DNA of 19,642 bases from Candidatus Methylomirabilota bacterium (lineage in GTDB: Bacteria; Methylomirabilota; Methylomirabilia; Rokubacteriales; CSP1-6). Shown here in pieces: positions 1-9,114 of the stretch; position 1 is the first letter of the stretch; each line of letters starts with the position of its first letter. The stretch spans positions 1-19,642 of the forward strand of contig JBKPAK010000222.1 in assembly GCA_046726415.1 (NCBI GenBank). The letters are read 5' to 3'. Under the pieces are notes generated by a model, which worked only from the letters and a program-made list of their open reading frames with translations, was not told the DNA's origin and ran no database searches. The position numbers were made by a program, and so were the translations under genes.

Positions 1-140
1 CTCGAGACGCCTTATTGCGGTGGAAGTTCACCGTTGTCGTGAAGGGTGAGCGATGACCGGCTCGCCGGCCGTCTGCCGTCTCTCACTGGGCCCCCTTCTG
101 GGTCGGCGACATCTTCCAATCAGGCAATATTTTCCCGGCG

Positions 141-216
141 AGCTATAGCTTGACATCTGCCCTGACCAGTCGGAAGGTATGAAGCGGTTGCCCAATTTCC
201 GGTCGGATAAGAATGT
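141..216 (+). promoter_or_regulatory. Possible sigma70-type promoter region of the cluster
   Basis: Relatively AT-rich non-coding stretch with a perfect TTGACA at 150-155, overlapped by the palindrome AGCTATAGCT (141-150). The hexamer at 17-bp spacing (GAAGGT) is a poor -10. A second weak pair is TTGCCC (188-193) with AAGAAT/GAATGT (209-216). Confidence 0.25.
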
Positions 217-391
217 AATTTTGGACGGCGGGCGGGGCTTACGTGCTCGTACGATGGAGCAGCTCGCTGGCGCCCTCGTCAAAGCTGCTGCGGGGGACAG
301 GTGAACGCTGCGCACACGGCTCAGCGATGGGCAGGCTGAAGGTCACTGGTCCGAGCACATCTTGGCGGCTGAAGCCGCTTGCCGCGATCGC

Positions 392-1612
392 ATGCGGCCT
401 GCGATTTCGCTGATCAGGGGTCACCGCAGAGCCGTGGCGGTAGCCTGCGGAGCGGGCGCCGTGCTGGTGCTCAGTTCGTGCGCGAGCCAGCAAGCGAATA
501 CCGCCGCCCCCATCGGGACGCCCGAAACCCAGACTGTCGCTCCCGCGGCGTCCCAGCCGGCGGCCTCTATGGCCACTGCGGATCTCAATCGCGCGATCAC
601 GGCTCAGCTCTCCCCACCCACGAACGAGGCCGATCTGACGCTGGGGGTAGGCGATTTCATTGAGATCTCCGTGGTCGATGTTCCGGAGCTTGACCGCAAG
701 TTGCGAATTCCGCACAGCGGCCGCGTGACTCTCCCCCACCTCGGCGCTATCCAGGCAGCCGGGCTGTCGGCGCTGGAACTGGAGAGCGTGATACGAACGC
801 AGCTCCGTGAAAAATACATGCACAACCCCCAAGTCTCGGTCTTCGTTCACGAGCACAAGAGCCAGCGGATCTCCGTCATCGGAGCGGTTCGAACGGGCGG
901 GGTCTTCACCATCACCAGTCGGCTGCGGCTCGCCGACGCGTTGGCGATGGCGGGCGGCCTGACCGATGACGCCGGCCACGTCGTGTACGTGGTCCGGCGG
1001 CCACCGGCTGATGGAGGGACAGATGGCCCGCCGAAGGCAAACGCCGACGGCGCTGAGCAGACACCATCAGTTCAGGGCGCGGGCCCGAGCCCGCAACGCG
1101 CAGTTCAGGGCGCCGGCCCGAGCTCGCCACCGGCAGTTCAGGGCGCCGGCCCGAGCCCGCTACCGGCAGTTCGGGGCGCAGGCCAAAGCCCGCAACAGGT
1201 GATGACCGCCATCGATCTCCAGGGACTGGCCAATGGACATCCCGAACTCAACCTTCGCCTCGAGGCCGGTGACGTGATCGAGATCCCACGCGCCGGAACC
1301 TATTACGTCGGGGGCGAGGTCCTGCGCCCTGGCTCGTACCCTCTCAAGTCGCGTACGACTGTGAAGCAGGCCACCGTGGTGGCCGGAGGAATGAGCAAGG
1401 TCGCCGACCACGATGACATTCGACTCTACCGGGTGAGGCCCGATGGTCAGCGTGAAATATTCACGTACAGCTTCAACGACTTTGAAAAGGGAGGAGTGGC
1501 TCCCGATGTCCAGGCGCACGACGTGATCCTGGTCGGCAAGTCGGGCGGCAAGGCTGTCTTCTACACCATACTCGACTTCGTGAGATTCGGGGTCGGCGCC
1601 TCAATCCCATGA
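392..1612 (+). CDS. wza: Polysaccharide export outer-membrane lipoprotein (Wza/OPX family)
   Basis: Lipoprotein signal ending LSSC; Poly_export motif (LGVGDFIEISV...GRVTLPHLGAIQAAGLS...YMHNPQVSV); two SLBB-like repeats (VIGAVRTGG, VGGEVLRPG); amphipathic C-terminal helix. ATG 392 is preferred over TTG 362. The stop overlaps the next start (ATGA). Confidence 0.9.
   Translation: MRPAISLIRGHRRAVAVACGAGAVLVLSSCASQQANTAAPIGTPETQTVAPAASQPAASMATADLNRAITAQLSPPTNEADLTLGVGDFIEISVVDVPELDRKLRIPHSGRVTLPHLGAIQAAGLSALELESVIRTQLREKYMHNPQVSVFVHEHKSQRISVIGAVRTGGVFTITSRLRLADALAMAGGLTDDAGHVVYVVRRPPADGGTDGPPKANADGAEQTPSVQGAGPSPQRAVQGAGPSSPPAVQGAGPSPLPAVRGAGQSPQQVMTAIDLQGLANGHPELNLRLEAGDVIEIPRAGTYYVGGEVLRPGSYPLKSRTTVKQATVVAGGMSKVADHDDIRLYRVRPDGQREIFTYSFNDFEKGGVAPDVQAHDVILVGKSGGKAVFYTILDFVRFGVGASIP
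436..447 (+). promoter_or_regulatory. ops-like element GGCGGTAGCCTG
   Basis: Exact match to the RfaH ops consensus GGCGGTAGnnTG on the non-template strand near the start of a long polysaccharide operon. It lies inside the predicted wza signal-peptide coding sequence. Confidence 0.3.
1068..1199 (+). repeat. Intragenic tandem repeat, 4 x 33 bp, in wza
   Basis: Units start at 1068, 1101, 1134 and 1167. Consensus CAGTTCAGGGCGCCGGCCCGAGCCCGCxACxGG encodes VQGAGPSPxxA. Confidence 0.95.
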
Positions 1613-4095
1613 GCGACTCCGAGCGTCCGCGAGACCTACCCGCTCTCCTCCCCGGCGACAGTGGTCGTCATATCCCGGAGCGTCGAGGGAGCGACGTCCT
1701 GCCATTCGACCTCATCCGGTCTGGGGCCGGAGAGGGGGAACCGCACGGTACGCACTTCTGGGATTACTGGCGTGTGCTCAGGCGTCGACGATGGATCGTA
1801 CTGACATGCCTTCTGGCGGGTGTCATGATCGCGATGATCCTGACGGCGGCCACCCCGCCCGTCTATCGGGCGACCGCCACGCTCAGGATCGAAAAGGACC
1901 AGCCCCGGATCTTGAAGTTCGAGCAGGTCGTTCACGAGACGGCATCCCAACAGGACGATTACCAGACGCACTACAAGATTCTGCGAACGCGAGTCCTGGC
2001 CAGCCGCGTGATCAAGGATCAGTCCCTCGACCAGCTGCCCGAGTTCCAGGGCGGTGACCGCGCCCGGATCCCGCCCGTCCTGGCCGCCCTGATCAGCGCA
2101 GGGGAGGAGCGTGTCTCGCCCATCCTGACCAGCGTGGGAGAGTGGCTCTCGCCCATCCTGGTCAGCATGGAAGAGCGGCTGCTGCAGCTGCTTCCCGCGG
2201 AGGCGCGATCGGGTGTGGCCCAGTCCAGGGGCGAAACACCTCCACCCCCGGTCGACAGTCACGTCAAACAGGCGGCGGTGGTCAACGCCTACCTCGATCG
2301 CCTCTCCGTCGACCCGGTTCGCAACTCGCGACTGGTCGCGCTGTCCTTCGACAGCCGCGACCCCAACCTGGCCGCCCGGGTCGCCAACGCGGCCTCCGAG
2401 GCATTTATCGCCTACCAGCTCGATCAGAAGATGCAGGCGACCCGCTACGCCACAAGCTTTCTCGCCCAAGAGCTGGACAAGGCGCGCGACCGGTTGGCGG
2501 ACGCGGAGAGCCGGTTGAACCAGTTCCTCGACCAGAACAACATCATCTTTCTGAACGCGGAAAAGACCGGGCAACCCCCCGATCTGATCACCCAACAGCT
2601 CACGGTGCTCTCTGACGCTCTGCTCAAGGCCCGCGGTGAGCGGATCGCCCGGGAGGGCGTGGTGGCTCAGGTGGAGACCTACGACATTAACTCGCTGCCG
2701 GCGGTGCTGAGCAGGCCGCTGGTGAGCCAGCTTAAGCAGGAGTTGGTCACCCTCGAGGCGGAACACAAGAGACTCGGACAGATCTTCCGGGGCGAGTACC
2801 CGCGCATGCAGCAGCTGGCGGAAAAGATCCAGGAAACTCGCCGCCAGCTCGAGACGGAGGTCAGCCGGACGGTCAATGGCCTGCGGGCAGAGTATGAAGC
2901 GGCCTTGAAGAACGAGCGCGACTTCGAGGCGGCGTTGATGCAGCAGCAGTCTCGCGCCCGTGGACTCACTGCCCGGATGGCCGAATACAATCTGCTGCGC
3001 CGGAACGTGGATACCGGCCGCGAGCTGCACGGCTCGCTCTTGAGCCGCTTGCGGGAGACCCAGATCTCGGCCTCTCTGTTCACCTCGAATATTTCCATCA
3101 CCGATCGGGCCGAGGTTCCGATTGTCCCCTCGCGGCCTCGCAAGAAGCTGAACCTGCTCGTCGGTTTGGTCATCGGGCTCCTGACCGGCCTCGGCCTCGC
3201 CTTCGTGGTCGACTATCTCGATACGAGCATCAAGAGCACCCGCGAAGCCGAGAAAGTGCTGCGGGTCCGCACGCTCGGTGAGATCCCCTTCCGCGCCGTG
3301 GGTGGCCGGGCGACGCGGTGGAGCCATGCTTTGTCCAGCGGCCGGCGGCGGCGGGCGTTTGCCCTCGCCTCGTACGCCCACGCGGCCTCACCATTGGCGG
3401 AGGTCTTCCGCAGTCTGCGAACGACCATTCTGTATTCGGCCCCGGAGAGTCCGCCGCGGGTCATGATGGTCACCTCGATCCATCCCGGTGAGGGCAAAAC
3501 CTCGCTGGCCACGAATTTGGCCGTCACCCTGGCCGAGCTCGATGCGGGTCCCGTGCTCTTGATCGATGCCGATTTCCGGCGGCCGGAGCTCCACAAAATA
3601 CTCGGGATCGCGCGAGCGCCCGGCTTTGCCGATATTCTGTGCGGGCGAGCCCGGCTGGAGCTGGCCGTCACGTCGACGACGGTGCCGAACCTGTGCGCAA
3701 TTCCGGGGGGCTCTGGACTGAGCGCTCATGAGCCGGCCGAGCTTTTTGCGACGGCTCGGCTTCAGCAGGCCCTGTCCACCCTCGGAGAGCGATTCCGTTA
3801 CATCATCCTCGACACCCCGCCGTTGCTGGGTCTCAGCGATGCGCTGATCCTGGCCTCGCAGGTGGATGGGGTGGTGCTGACGATTCGCGAGGGGCGGGCG
3901 TCCCGCGACGCCGCGTACCGGGCCATCAAGAGCCTGGCATCGGTGCGCGGGCGGCTGCTCGGCGTCGTGCTGAACGACGTGCGTGGCGCCAGCGATTACT
4001 ACGAGTATTCCGGTCGAAGCCGCCAGCGTCAGCGCGGGCGCCGACCGAAGACCGAGCTCCCACGCGGTCGGCCAACCAGTCGCGAGTCGCCTTGA
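1609..4095 (+). CDS. wzc: Polysaccharide co-polymerase / BY tyrosine autokinase (Wzc/GumC family)
   Basis: N-terminal Wzz motif (DYWRVLRRRRW, TM, PVYRATATL); coiled-coil periplasmic region; second TM after PSRP; Walker A PGEGKTS, A' LLIDAD, B IILDTPP; C-terminal Tyr cluster DYYEY. Confidence 0.95.
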   Translation: MSDSERPRDLPALLPGDSGRHIPERRGSDVLPFDLIRSGAGEGEPHGTHFWDYWRVLRRRRWIVLTCLLAGVMIAMILTAATPPVYRATATLRIEKDQPRILKFEQVVHETASQQDDYQTHYKILRTRVLASRVIKDQSLDQLPEFQGGDRARIPPVLAALISAGEERVSPILTSVGEWLSPILVSMEERLLQLLPAEARSGVAQSRGETPPPPVDSHVKQAAVVNAYLDRLSVDPVRNSRLVALSFDSRDPNLAARVANAASEAFIAYQLDQKMQATRYATSFLAQELDKARDRLADAESRLNQFLDQNNIIFLNAEKTGQPPDLITQQLTVLSDALLKARGERIAREGVVAQVETYDINSLPAVLSRPLVSQLKQELVTLEAEHKRLGQIFRGEYPRMQQLAEKIQETRRQLETEVSRTVNGLRAEYEAALKNERDFEAALMQQQSRARGLTARMAEYNLLRRNVDTGRELHGSLLSRLRETQISASLFTSNISITDRAEVPIVPSRPRKKLNLLVGLVIGLLTGLGLAFVVDYLDTSIKSTREAEKVLRVRTLGEIPFRAVGGRATRWSHALSSGRRRRAFALASYAHAASPLAEVFRSLRTTILYSAPESPPRVMMVTSIHPGEGKTSLATNLAVTLAELDAGPVLLIDADFRRPELHKILGIARAPGFADILCGRARLELAVTSTTVPNLCAIPGGSGLSAHEPAELFATARLQQALSTLGERFRYIILDTPPLLGLSDALILASQVDGVVLTIREGRASRDAAYRAIKSLASVRGRLLGVVLNDVRGASDYYEYSGRSRQRQRGRRPKTELPRGRPTSRESP
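2107..2181 (+). repeat. Degenerate 33-bp tandem repeat (~2.3 units) in the wzc periplasmic region
   Basis: GAGCGTGTCTCGCCCATCCTGACCAGCGTGGGA / GAGTGGCTCTCGCCCATCCTGGTCAGCATGGAA / GAGCGGCTG, encoding ERVSPILTSVG-EWLSPILVSME-ERL. Confidence 0.8.
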
Positions 4096-4228
4096 CCTCT
4101 CGTGCGGTCAGGCAGCCGCAGCGTGTCCTCGAGGAGTCTGGTCAGCGAGATCTCTCCTGTCTCGCGTCGGCACCCCGGGCTGGCGCCGAATGACCCGGCA
4201 GGGGCTCTCGTCGCGGCGGTCATCCTGA

Positions 4229-5620
4229 ATGGGCCCGGTCAGTTCGTGGTGCGCGGCGTTGGTCACGGTGATCGGGTATTACAGTATTCTGACCACGTCG
4301 GCGTTCGAGCTGCACTGGATGCTGGCCTATCTGCTGATTCTCAGCGCGCTGTGGTGGGAGATGGGCCATGGCTGGGCTAGTCCGCTCGGGCTGTTTTTGG
4401 TCTTCGCCATTATGCGATTCGCGCTGCCCGGCCTCGGCCTGCTCTTCTCCGAGATACCGGCGCACGGACTGTTCGAAATCCTCGGTCTCACCGAACAAGA
4501 CTGGTGGACGGCCCATTCCTTAGCGCTCCTCGGGGTCACCTCCACGGTGTGGGGATGGGTGGCCACCCGCCGCCTCTCGACCGGCTGGTTGTTTAGAGTG
4601 GTTGACCGACTCGGCTCTGGCGTGTCCCCTTGGCGACTCGTGCTGAGTGGGGCCGCCATTGCGGGCATGGGATTCGTGGCCCTGATCGCGTTTGTCAATT
4701 TCAACACCTCGGGGGCGGCCACCGAAACGGTGGTGGCCGGTACGTTCCGGAACGAGCAGATTGCCGAGGGTACCGGAATCTTCTTTCACCTCGCGCTGGG
4801 CCTGATCGCGGGCTCGGTGCTCCAGGTGTTCGCGCTTCGCTCGCTGGGGTTCCCTCGCCCCCTGGCCCTGCTGCCCGCGGTGGGCGGCGGGGTGGTCTTC
4901 TTCGTGCTGGGCGGGCGAGCGCGAGCGCTGACGCCGATCTTGGCCGCATTCATTGGATTGGCCGCGGGGAACCGACTGCCGAGGAAGCGATACGGGACCC
5001 TCGCGTGGTACGCGGGTTTCGCGGGCGTCCTGCTGATCGTCGGTGCGGTAGGCCAGGGCTACCGAGGGGACTATGGGCTCACAGCCTTCTGGCTGGTGGG
5101 GGAGTTCCTGGTCGACTACATCGAATACGCCATCTGGCTTGACGTGGGTCACCTGCATAGTCTGGCCGCGGTGGTCAAGCTCGATCCCGGGACCCTCGGC
5201 GCCGCTATCTGGGTCCCCGTATTGCCCGGGATCTCCAAGTTCTTGGGCTTGGGTCGTAGCGGTGGTGTCTTCATCGTGGAGAGCCTGACTGGCGTGTCGG
5301 ACCCGGCCCGGAAGTGGGGTCTTCATGCGACGCTGATCGCCGACAGCTACTTGAGCGTCGGAGTGATCGGCGTTGTTCCTGTGTGCTTCGTGTTTGGGGC
5401 GTGGTTGCGAGCTCTCCACACGTGGATGGCGGCGAGCGGGGGGCGGCCACCGCTGACCGCCGCGCTCTACGGGGTGGCGCTCGTCTACAGCCTCCGCTCG
5501 TTCTTCGAATCGGTCGACAAAGTCTCGGAAATGGTCATCGCCACCGCGTTCGTCCTGATCGCCGGCGCGGTCGCGCGTGCGGTGGTGCCCTGGCACGCGA
5601 TGGAAGAGCGTCGGGCCTGA
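4229..5620 (+). CDS. wzy: Polytopic membrane protein, probable repeat-unit polymerase (Wzy-like)
   Basis: About 10 or more hydrophobic segments; LGGRARAL loop; a large late loop followed by HATLIADSYLSVGVIGV, resembling the polymerase T-x-x-G/A-D/E-x-Y-x-x-x-G motif; position directly after wza-wzc. Confidence 0.65.
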   Translation: MGPVSSWCAALVTVIGYYSILTTSAFELHWMLAYLLILSALWWEMGHGWASPLGLFLVFAIMRFALPGLGLLFSEIPAHGLFEILGLTEQDWWTAHSLALLGVTSTVWGWVATRRLSTGWLFRVVDRLGSGVSPWRLVLSGAAIAGMGFVALIAFVNFNTSGAATETVVAGTFRNEQIAEGTGIFFHLALGLIAGSVLQVFALRSLGFPRPLALLPAVGGGVVFFVLGGRARALTPILAAFIGLAAGNRLPRKRYGTLAWYAGFAGVLLIVGAVGQGYRGDYGLTAFWLVGEFLVDYIEYAIWLDVGHLHSLAAVVKLDPGTLGAAIWVPVLPGISKFLGLGRSGGVFIVESLTGVSDPARKWGLHATLIADSYLSVGVIGVVPVCFVFGAWLRALHTWMAASGGRPPLTAALYGVALVYSLRSFFESVDKVSEMVIATAFVLIAGAVARAVVPWHAMEERRA

Positions 5621-5727
5621 ACCACGAACCCTGGACGATGGGAGCCCCGACCGCGGCCGCCGCCCGTCAGCGCGGCTCATGAGGGCCCCGCCTGAAATTT
5701 CCGGCACCGGGCTGAGGAGGATTACCC

Positions 5728-6729
5728 ATGAACAAGGCGTTGATCACCGGAGGAGCCGGCTTCGTCGGTTCGCACCTGGCCGAAGCGCTGTTGGAGCGCG
5801 GCTGGCGTGTCATCATCCTCGATGACTTGTCGACGGGCAGCATCGAGAACATTGCCCACTTGAAGGGGCACGCGCAATTCACCTATTTGTTGGACAGCGT
5901 CCTCAATCGACCTCTTCTGCTCGAATTGATCGATTCCGTGGACGTAGTCTTTCACCTGGCAGCGGCGGTGGGGGTTCGGCTGATCGTCGAGCAGCCGGTG
6001 CATACCATCGAGACCAACATCAAGGCCACCGAGGTCGTCCTGGAACTGGCCTCGCGAAAACGGAGGCCGGTCTTGCTGACCTCGACCTCGGAAATCTACG
6101 GCAAGCTGAACAAGGCCACCTTCAACGAGGAAGACGACGTGATCCTCGGCCCCACCTCGCGCGCGCGGTGGTGCTACGCGGCCTCCAAGATCATCGACGA
6201 ATTTCTGGCCCGCGCCTACCACAAAGAGAAGGGAGCCCCCAACGTGGTGGTTCGCTTGTTCAATACCATAGGCCCGCGACAGACTGGGCAATACGGCATG
6301 GTGGTGCCGCGCTTCGTGCGGCGTGCGCTCCTGGGCGAGCCGCTTCCCGTATTCGGCGATGGGACCCAGCGCCGGTCGTTCACGTGGGTCGGTGATGTGG
6401 TGGGAGCCATGATCAAGCTGATCGAGCGGCCCGACGCCTATGGAGAGGTGTTCAACATTGGACACACCAAGGACATCTCCATCCAAGAGTTGGCCGTCTT
6501 GATCAAGCGATTGACGGCCAGCCCGTCGGGAATCGTGCACGTACCCTACCACGAGGCCTATGAATCCGGCTTCGAGGATATGGCGCGGCGACTCCCCGAC
6601 ATTTCCAAGCTGCAGGAGCGCATTGGCTATGCGCCCAGCATGGAGCTCGTCGAGATGTTGAACCGCATCATTGTCGCCGAGCGCGAGCGGCTGGTGCAAG
6701 CGGGGTTGATGTCTCCCGAGGCCGCGTGA
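5728..6729 (+). CDS. NAD-dependent nucleotide-sugar epimerase/dehydratase (extended SDR; UDP-GlcA decarboxylase/ArnA-domain-like)
   Basis: GGAGFVG Rossmann motif, FHLAA, STSEIYG, catalytic RWCYAASK (YxxxK), RLFNTIGPRQ, GDGTQRRSF. Strong RBS GAGGAGG upstream. Confidence 0.9.
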   Translation: MNKALITGGAGFVGSHLAEALLERGWRVIILDDLSTGSIENIAHLKGHAQFTYLLDSVLNRPLLLELIDSVDVVFHLAAAVGVRLIVEQPVHTIETNIKATEVVLELASRKRRPVLLTSTSEIYGKLNKATFNEEDDVILGPTSRARWCYAASKIIDEFLARAYHKEKGAPNVVVRLFNTIGPRQTGQYGMVVPRFVRRALLGEPLPVFGDGTQRRSFTWVGDVVGAMIKLIERPDAYGEVFNIGHTKDISIQELAVLIKRLTASPSGIVHVPYHEAYESGFEDMARRLPDISKLQERIGYAPSMELVEMLNRIIVAERERLVQAGLMSPEAA

Positions 6730-7971
6730 GTGGTTGGCGGGTGTGCCGCCGAGCGCATGCCGCCGCCGCGCTCGGCGAGACGCTGGAAGCTGTGCTTCGC
6801 TGGGGGGGCGAGATATGGGCAACCTCTGAACGAAACCGACGCGCGGAAGTTCGCGGGACTGAGGACGCTGGGCGACGTCTTTGTGCTGGGGTTCGCCAAG
6901 GGACCCCGCCCGCAGCACTTCTTCCAAGACGCCCGCTTCTATCTCTTGCCCAATGTGCCCGCCCCACTCCTGCGGTATGCCGCCATGATGGTCGTGGGGC
7001 CGCTGATGTTGTCCTGGTTGACGTGGCGACACGGCATCGACGTGATCGTCGCCCAGTGCCCCTACACCGGCGCGATGGCGGCCCTCGTCAAGTGCGCCGC
7101 CCGCTGGCTTGGCCGGGCCCCCGTGCTGGTCGTGGAAGGTCACGGCGATTTCGAGGCGGTTTTTCTGTACCGCCGAGTCCTGGCCGAAGCGCTGTACCGG
7201 CGAGCGATGAGAGCGATGGCCCGGTTTGCGTTGCGGCGGGCCGACGTGCTGCGCGGCATCTCTGATTCCACCAGCGAACAATTGCGGCGAGTAGCCGGTC
7301 ACCGACCCCTCGTGCAGTTTCTCACCTGGACCGACCTGGACGTCTTCGTCACCGCCGGCGGGCAGGAGATCCCGCGGGTCTCGGGGGACATTCTCTTTGC
7401 TGGAGTGATTGCCCGGGTGAAGGGCTTGCACCATCTCCTGCGGGCGTTCTCGGGGCTGGCGGAGGAGAGGGACGACATTCGGCTGGTCATTGTCGGGCGC
7501 GAGGCAGACGCCACCTACGCGGCCCAGATGCGGGCGGAGATCCTGGCCCGGGGCCTCACGGAACGCGTCGTGTTCGTGGGCGAGGTGACGCAGCAACGGT
7601 TGGCGGGGTTGATGGCGGCCTGCGCGGTGTTCGTCCTGCCGTCGTTGTCGGAAGGGTTCGGGCGAGTGGTCGTGGAAGCGATGGCCACCGGGACCCCGGT
7701 CATCGCCAGCCGAGTCGGTGGACTCGCCGAGCTGATTGCCGATGACCAGACCGGCTGGTTGTTCTCGGTAGGGGACGAGGACGCGTTGAGGGATCGGCTT
7801 CGATGGGTACTGGCCAATCCGCGGGCCGCGGAAGGGGTCGGGGCGAAGGCACGGGCCGTGGCCACCGGGCGCTTCAGTGCGGCGCAGTGGTTCGAGGGCT
7901 ACGCGCAGATTCTCGCCATCGCGGCGGAGTTGCGCGACAACGGCGCCCATGACAAACGTTGGGCCCGATGA
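6730..7971 (+). CDS. Glycosyltransferase family 4 (GT-B)
   Basis: KGLHHLLRAF and FVLPSLSEGFGRVVVEAMATGTPVIASRVGG (EX7E). The start may be ATG 6757. Confidence 0.9.
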   Translation: MVGGCAAERMPPPRSARRWKLCFAGGARYGQPLNETDARKFAGLRTLGDVFVLGFAKGPRPQHFFQDARFYLLPNVPAPLLRYAAMMVVGPLMLSWLTWRHGIDVIVAQCPYTGAMAALVKCAARWLGRAPVLVVEGHGDFEAVFLYRRVLAEALYRRAMRAMARFALRRADVLRGISDSTSEQLRRVAGHRPLVQFLTWTDLDVFVTAGGQEIPRVSGDILFAGVIARVKGLHHLLRAFSGLAEERDDIRLVIVGREADATYAAQMRAEILARGLTERVVFVGEVTQQRLAGLMAACAVFVLPSLSEGFGRVVVEAMATGTPVIASRVGGLAELIADDQTGWLFSVGDEDALRDRLRWVLANPRAAEGVGAKARAVATGRFSAAQWFEGYAQILAIAAELRDNGAHDKRWAR

Positions 7972-9101
7972 GGGTCTTGTGGTTCAATCTGGCTACCGAT
8001 TGTGACGACCCGATCCTGGCCGCGGCCACCCGCTGGATCGACGAGATCGCCCAGCGAGTCCAGTTCGTACACGTGATCACGATGCGGCAGGGGCGGACCT
8101 TGCCGCGTGAGAACGTGAGGATCCTCTCGGTGGGAAAGGAGAAGGGATATTCCGAGGCCCGCCGCGCGCTGGAATTCTATGCGGCGCTCTGGCGCGTGCT
8201 CCGTCTCGGACCAATCGACATCTGCTTTGCCCATATGATTCCGATCTTTGCCGCCATGGCCGCCCCCGTCCTCAAACCCCGTCGAGTTCCCATCGTGTTG
8301 TGGTATACGCATCCCAAACTCAGTCGGGTGCTGACACTTGCTCACTACGCGTCCGATCGCGTGGTGACCAGCCTCCCCAGCTCCTATCCCTATCGCCGGG
8401 ACAAACTCGACGTCATTGGGCACGGCATCGACACCGACGTTTTTTCTCCCGCTCCGGAGGTGGCCTCCCATGAAGCTCCCCTGATTTTGAGCGTCGGGAG
8501 GTTGTCCCCGGTCAAGGACTTCGGAACCTTGCTGGAGGCGGGGGCGCTGCTGCGCCGGCGCGGGGGCCGCCCGTTCCGAATCGTCATCGTAGGGAGCCCC
8601 GCCGTCCCCTCTGACCACCGGTACGCCGCGTGGTTGCAGGGCGAGGTCGGACGCCTGGACCTTGGCGAGATCGTGTCGATCCTTCCGGCGATGCCGGCTC
8701 GAGAATTGGCGGCCTGGTACAGGCGCGCGGTGGTCTGTGTGAACCTGACCGAGCAGGGATCGGGCGATAAGGTGGTCTTCGAGGCCATGAGTTGTGGGCG
8801 TATCTGTTTTGTTGCTCACGAGGGATTTCGCGAGGTCTTTGGGCGCTACGGGGACCAGCTGAGCGTCCCCTACCGGAACGCATCCGCACTGGCGGATCGG
8901 CTCCACTGGGGGTTGTCGCTCTCCATCGACCAGCGTGCGGAGATCGGCCGGCGGCTCAGCGAGCATGTTCGGTCGCACCATAGTGTGACGAGTCTGGCGG
9001 CGAGGCTCGAGGAGACTTTTCGGGCGGCCATTGTCCGCCGCCGGGGAGCGGCGCGGCCCCCCGGCACGGGCGCCCCCCGCCCCCGACCAGTCGTCACCTA
9101 G
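7968..9101 (+). CDS. Glycosyltransferase family 4 (GT-B)
   Basis: GHGIDTDVF, SVGRLSPVKDF, GSGDKVVFEAMSCG. ATG 7968 overlaps the upstream stop (ATGA), so it is preferred to TTG 7959. Confidence 0.88.
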   Translation: MRVLWFNLATDCDDPILAAATRWIDEIAQRVQFVHVITMRQGRTLPRENVRILSVGKEKGYSEARRALEFYAALWRVLRLGPIDICFAHMIPIFAAMAAPVLKPRRVPIVLWYTHPKLSRVLTLAHYASDRVVTSLPSSYPYRRDKLDVIGHGIDTDVFSPAPEVASHEAPLILSVGRLSPVKDFGTLLEAGALLRRRGGRPFRIVIVGSPAVPSDHRYAAWLQGEVGRLDLGEIVSILPAMPARELAAWYRRAVVCVNLTEQGSGDKVVFEAMSCGRICFVAHEGFREVFGRYGDQLSVPYRNASALADRLHWGLSLSIDQRAEIGRRLSEHVRSHHSVTSLAARLEETFRAAIVRRRGAARPPGTGAPRPRPVVT

Positions 9102-9114
9102 GGCCACGCCGGAG

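Noticed and set aside
1..360. Coding sequence or structured ncRNA/riboswitch upstream of wza
   Set aside because: The ORFs here lack recognisable motifs, and I could not identify any known RNA family or tRNA/rRNA pattern by eye.
1068..1199. 33-bp repeats as a CRISPR array
   Set aside because: The units are head-to-tail with no unique spacers, are in frame within wza, and no cas genes are present.
1636..3381. 581-aa minus-strand ORF
   Set aside because: Antisense shadow of wzc in high-GC DNA, with no recognisable motifs.
5621..5727. Short ORF 5638-5682 or a terminator in the wzy-epimerase gap
   Set aside because: Only 14 codons with no clear RBS, and no hairpin followed by a U-tract.
5722..7950. 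742-aa minus-strand ORF
   Set aside because: Mirrors two same-frame plus-strand genes (epimerase and GT4) and has no domain signal.
8750..8800. Missing first Glu of EX7E in the 7968 GT as a sign of inactivation
   Set aside because: GS-x-DK-x-x-x-EAM looks like a natural GT4 subfamily variant, and the ORF is otherwise intact.
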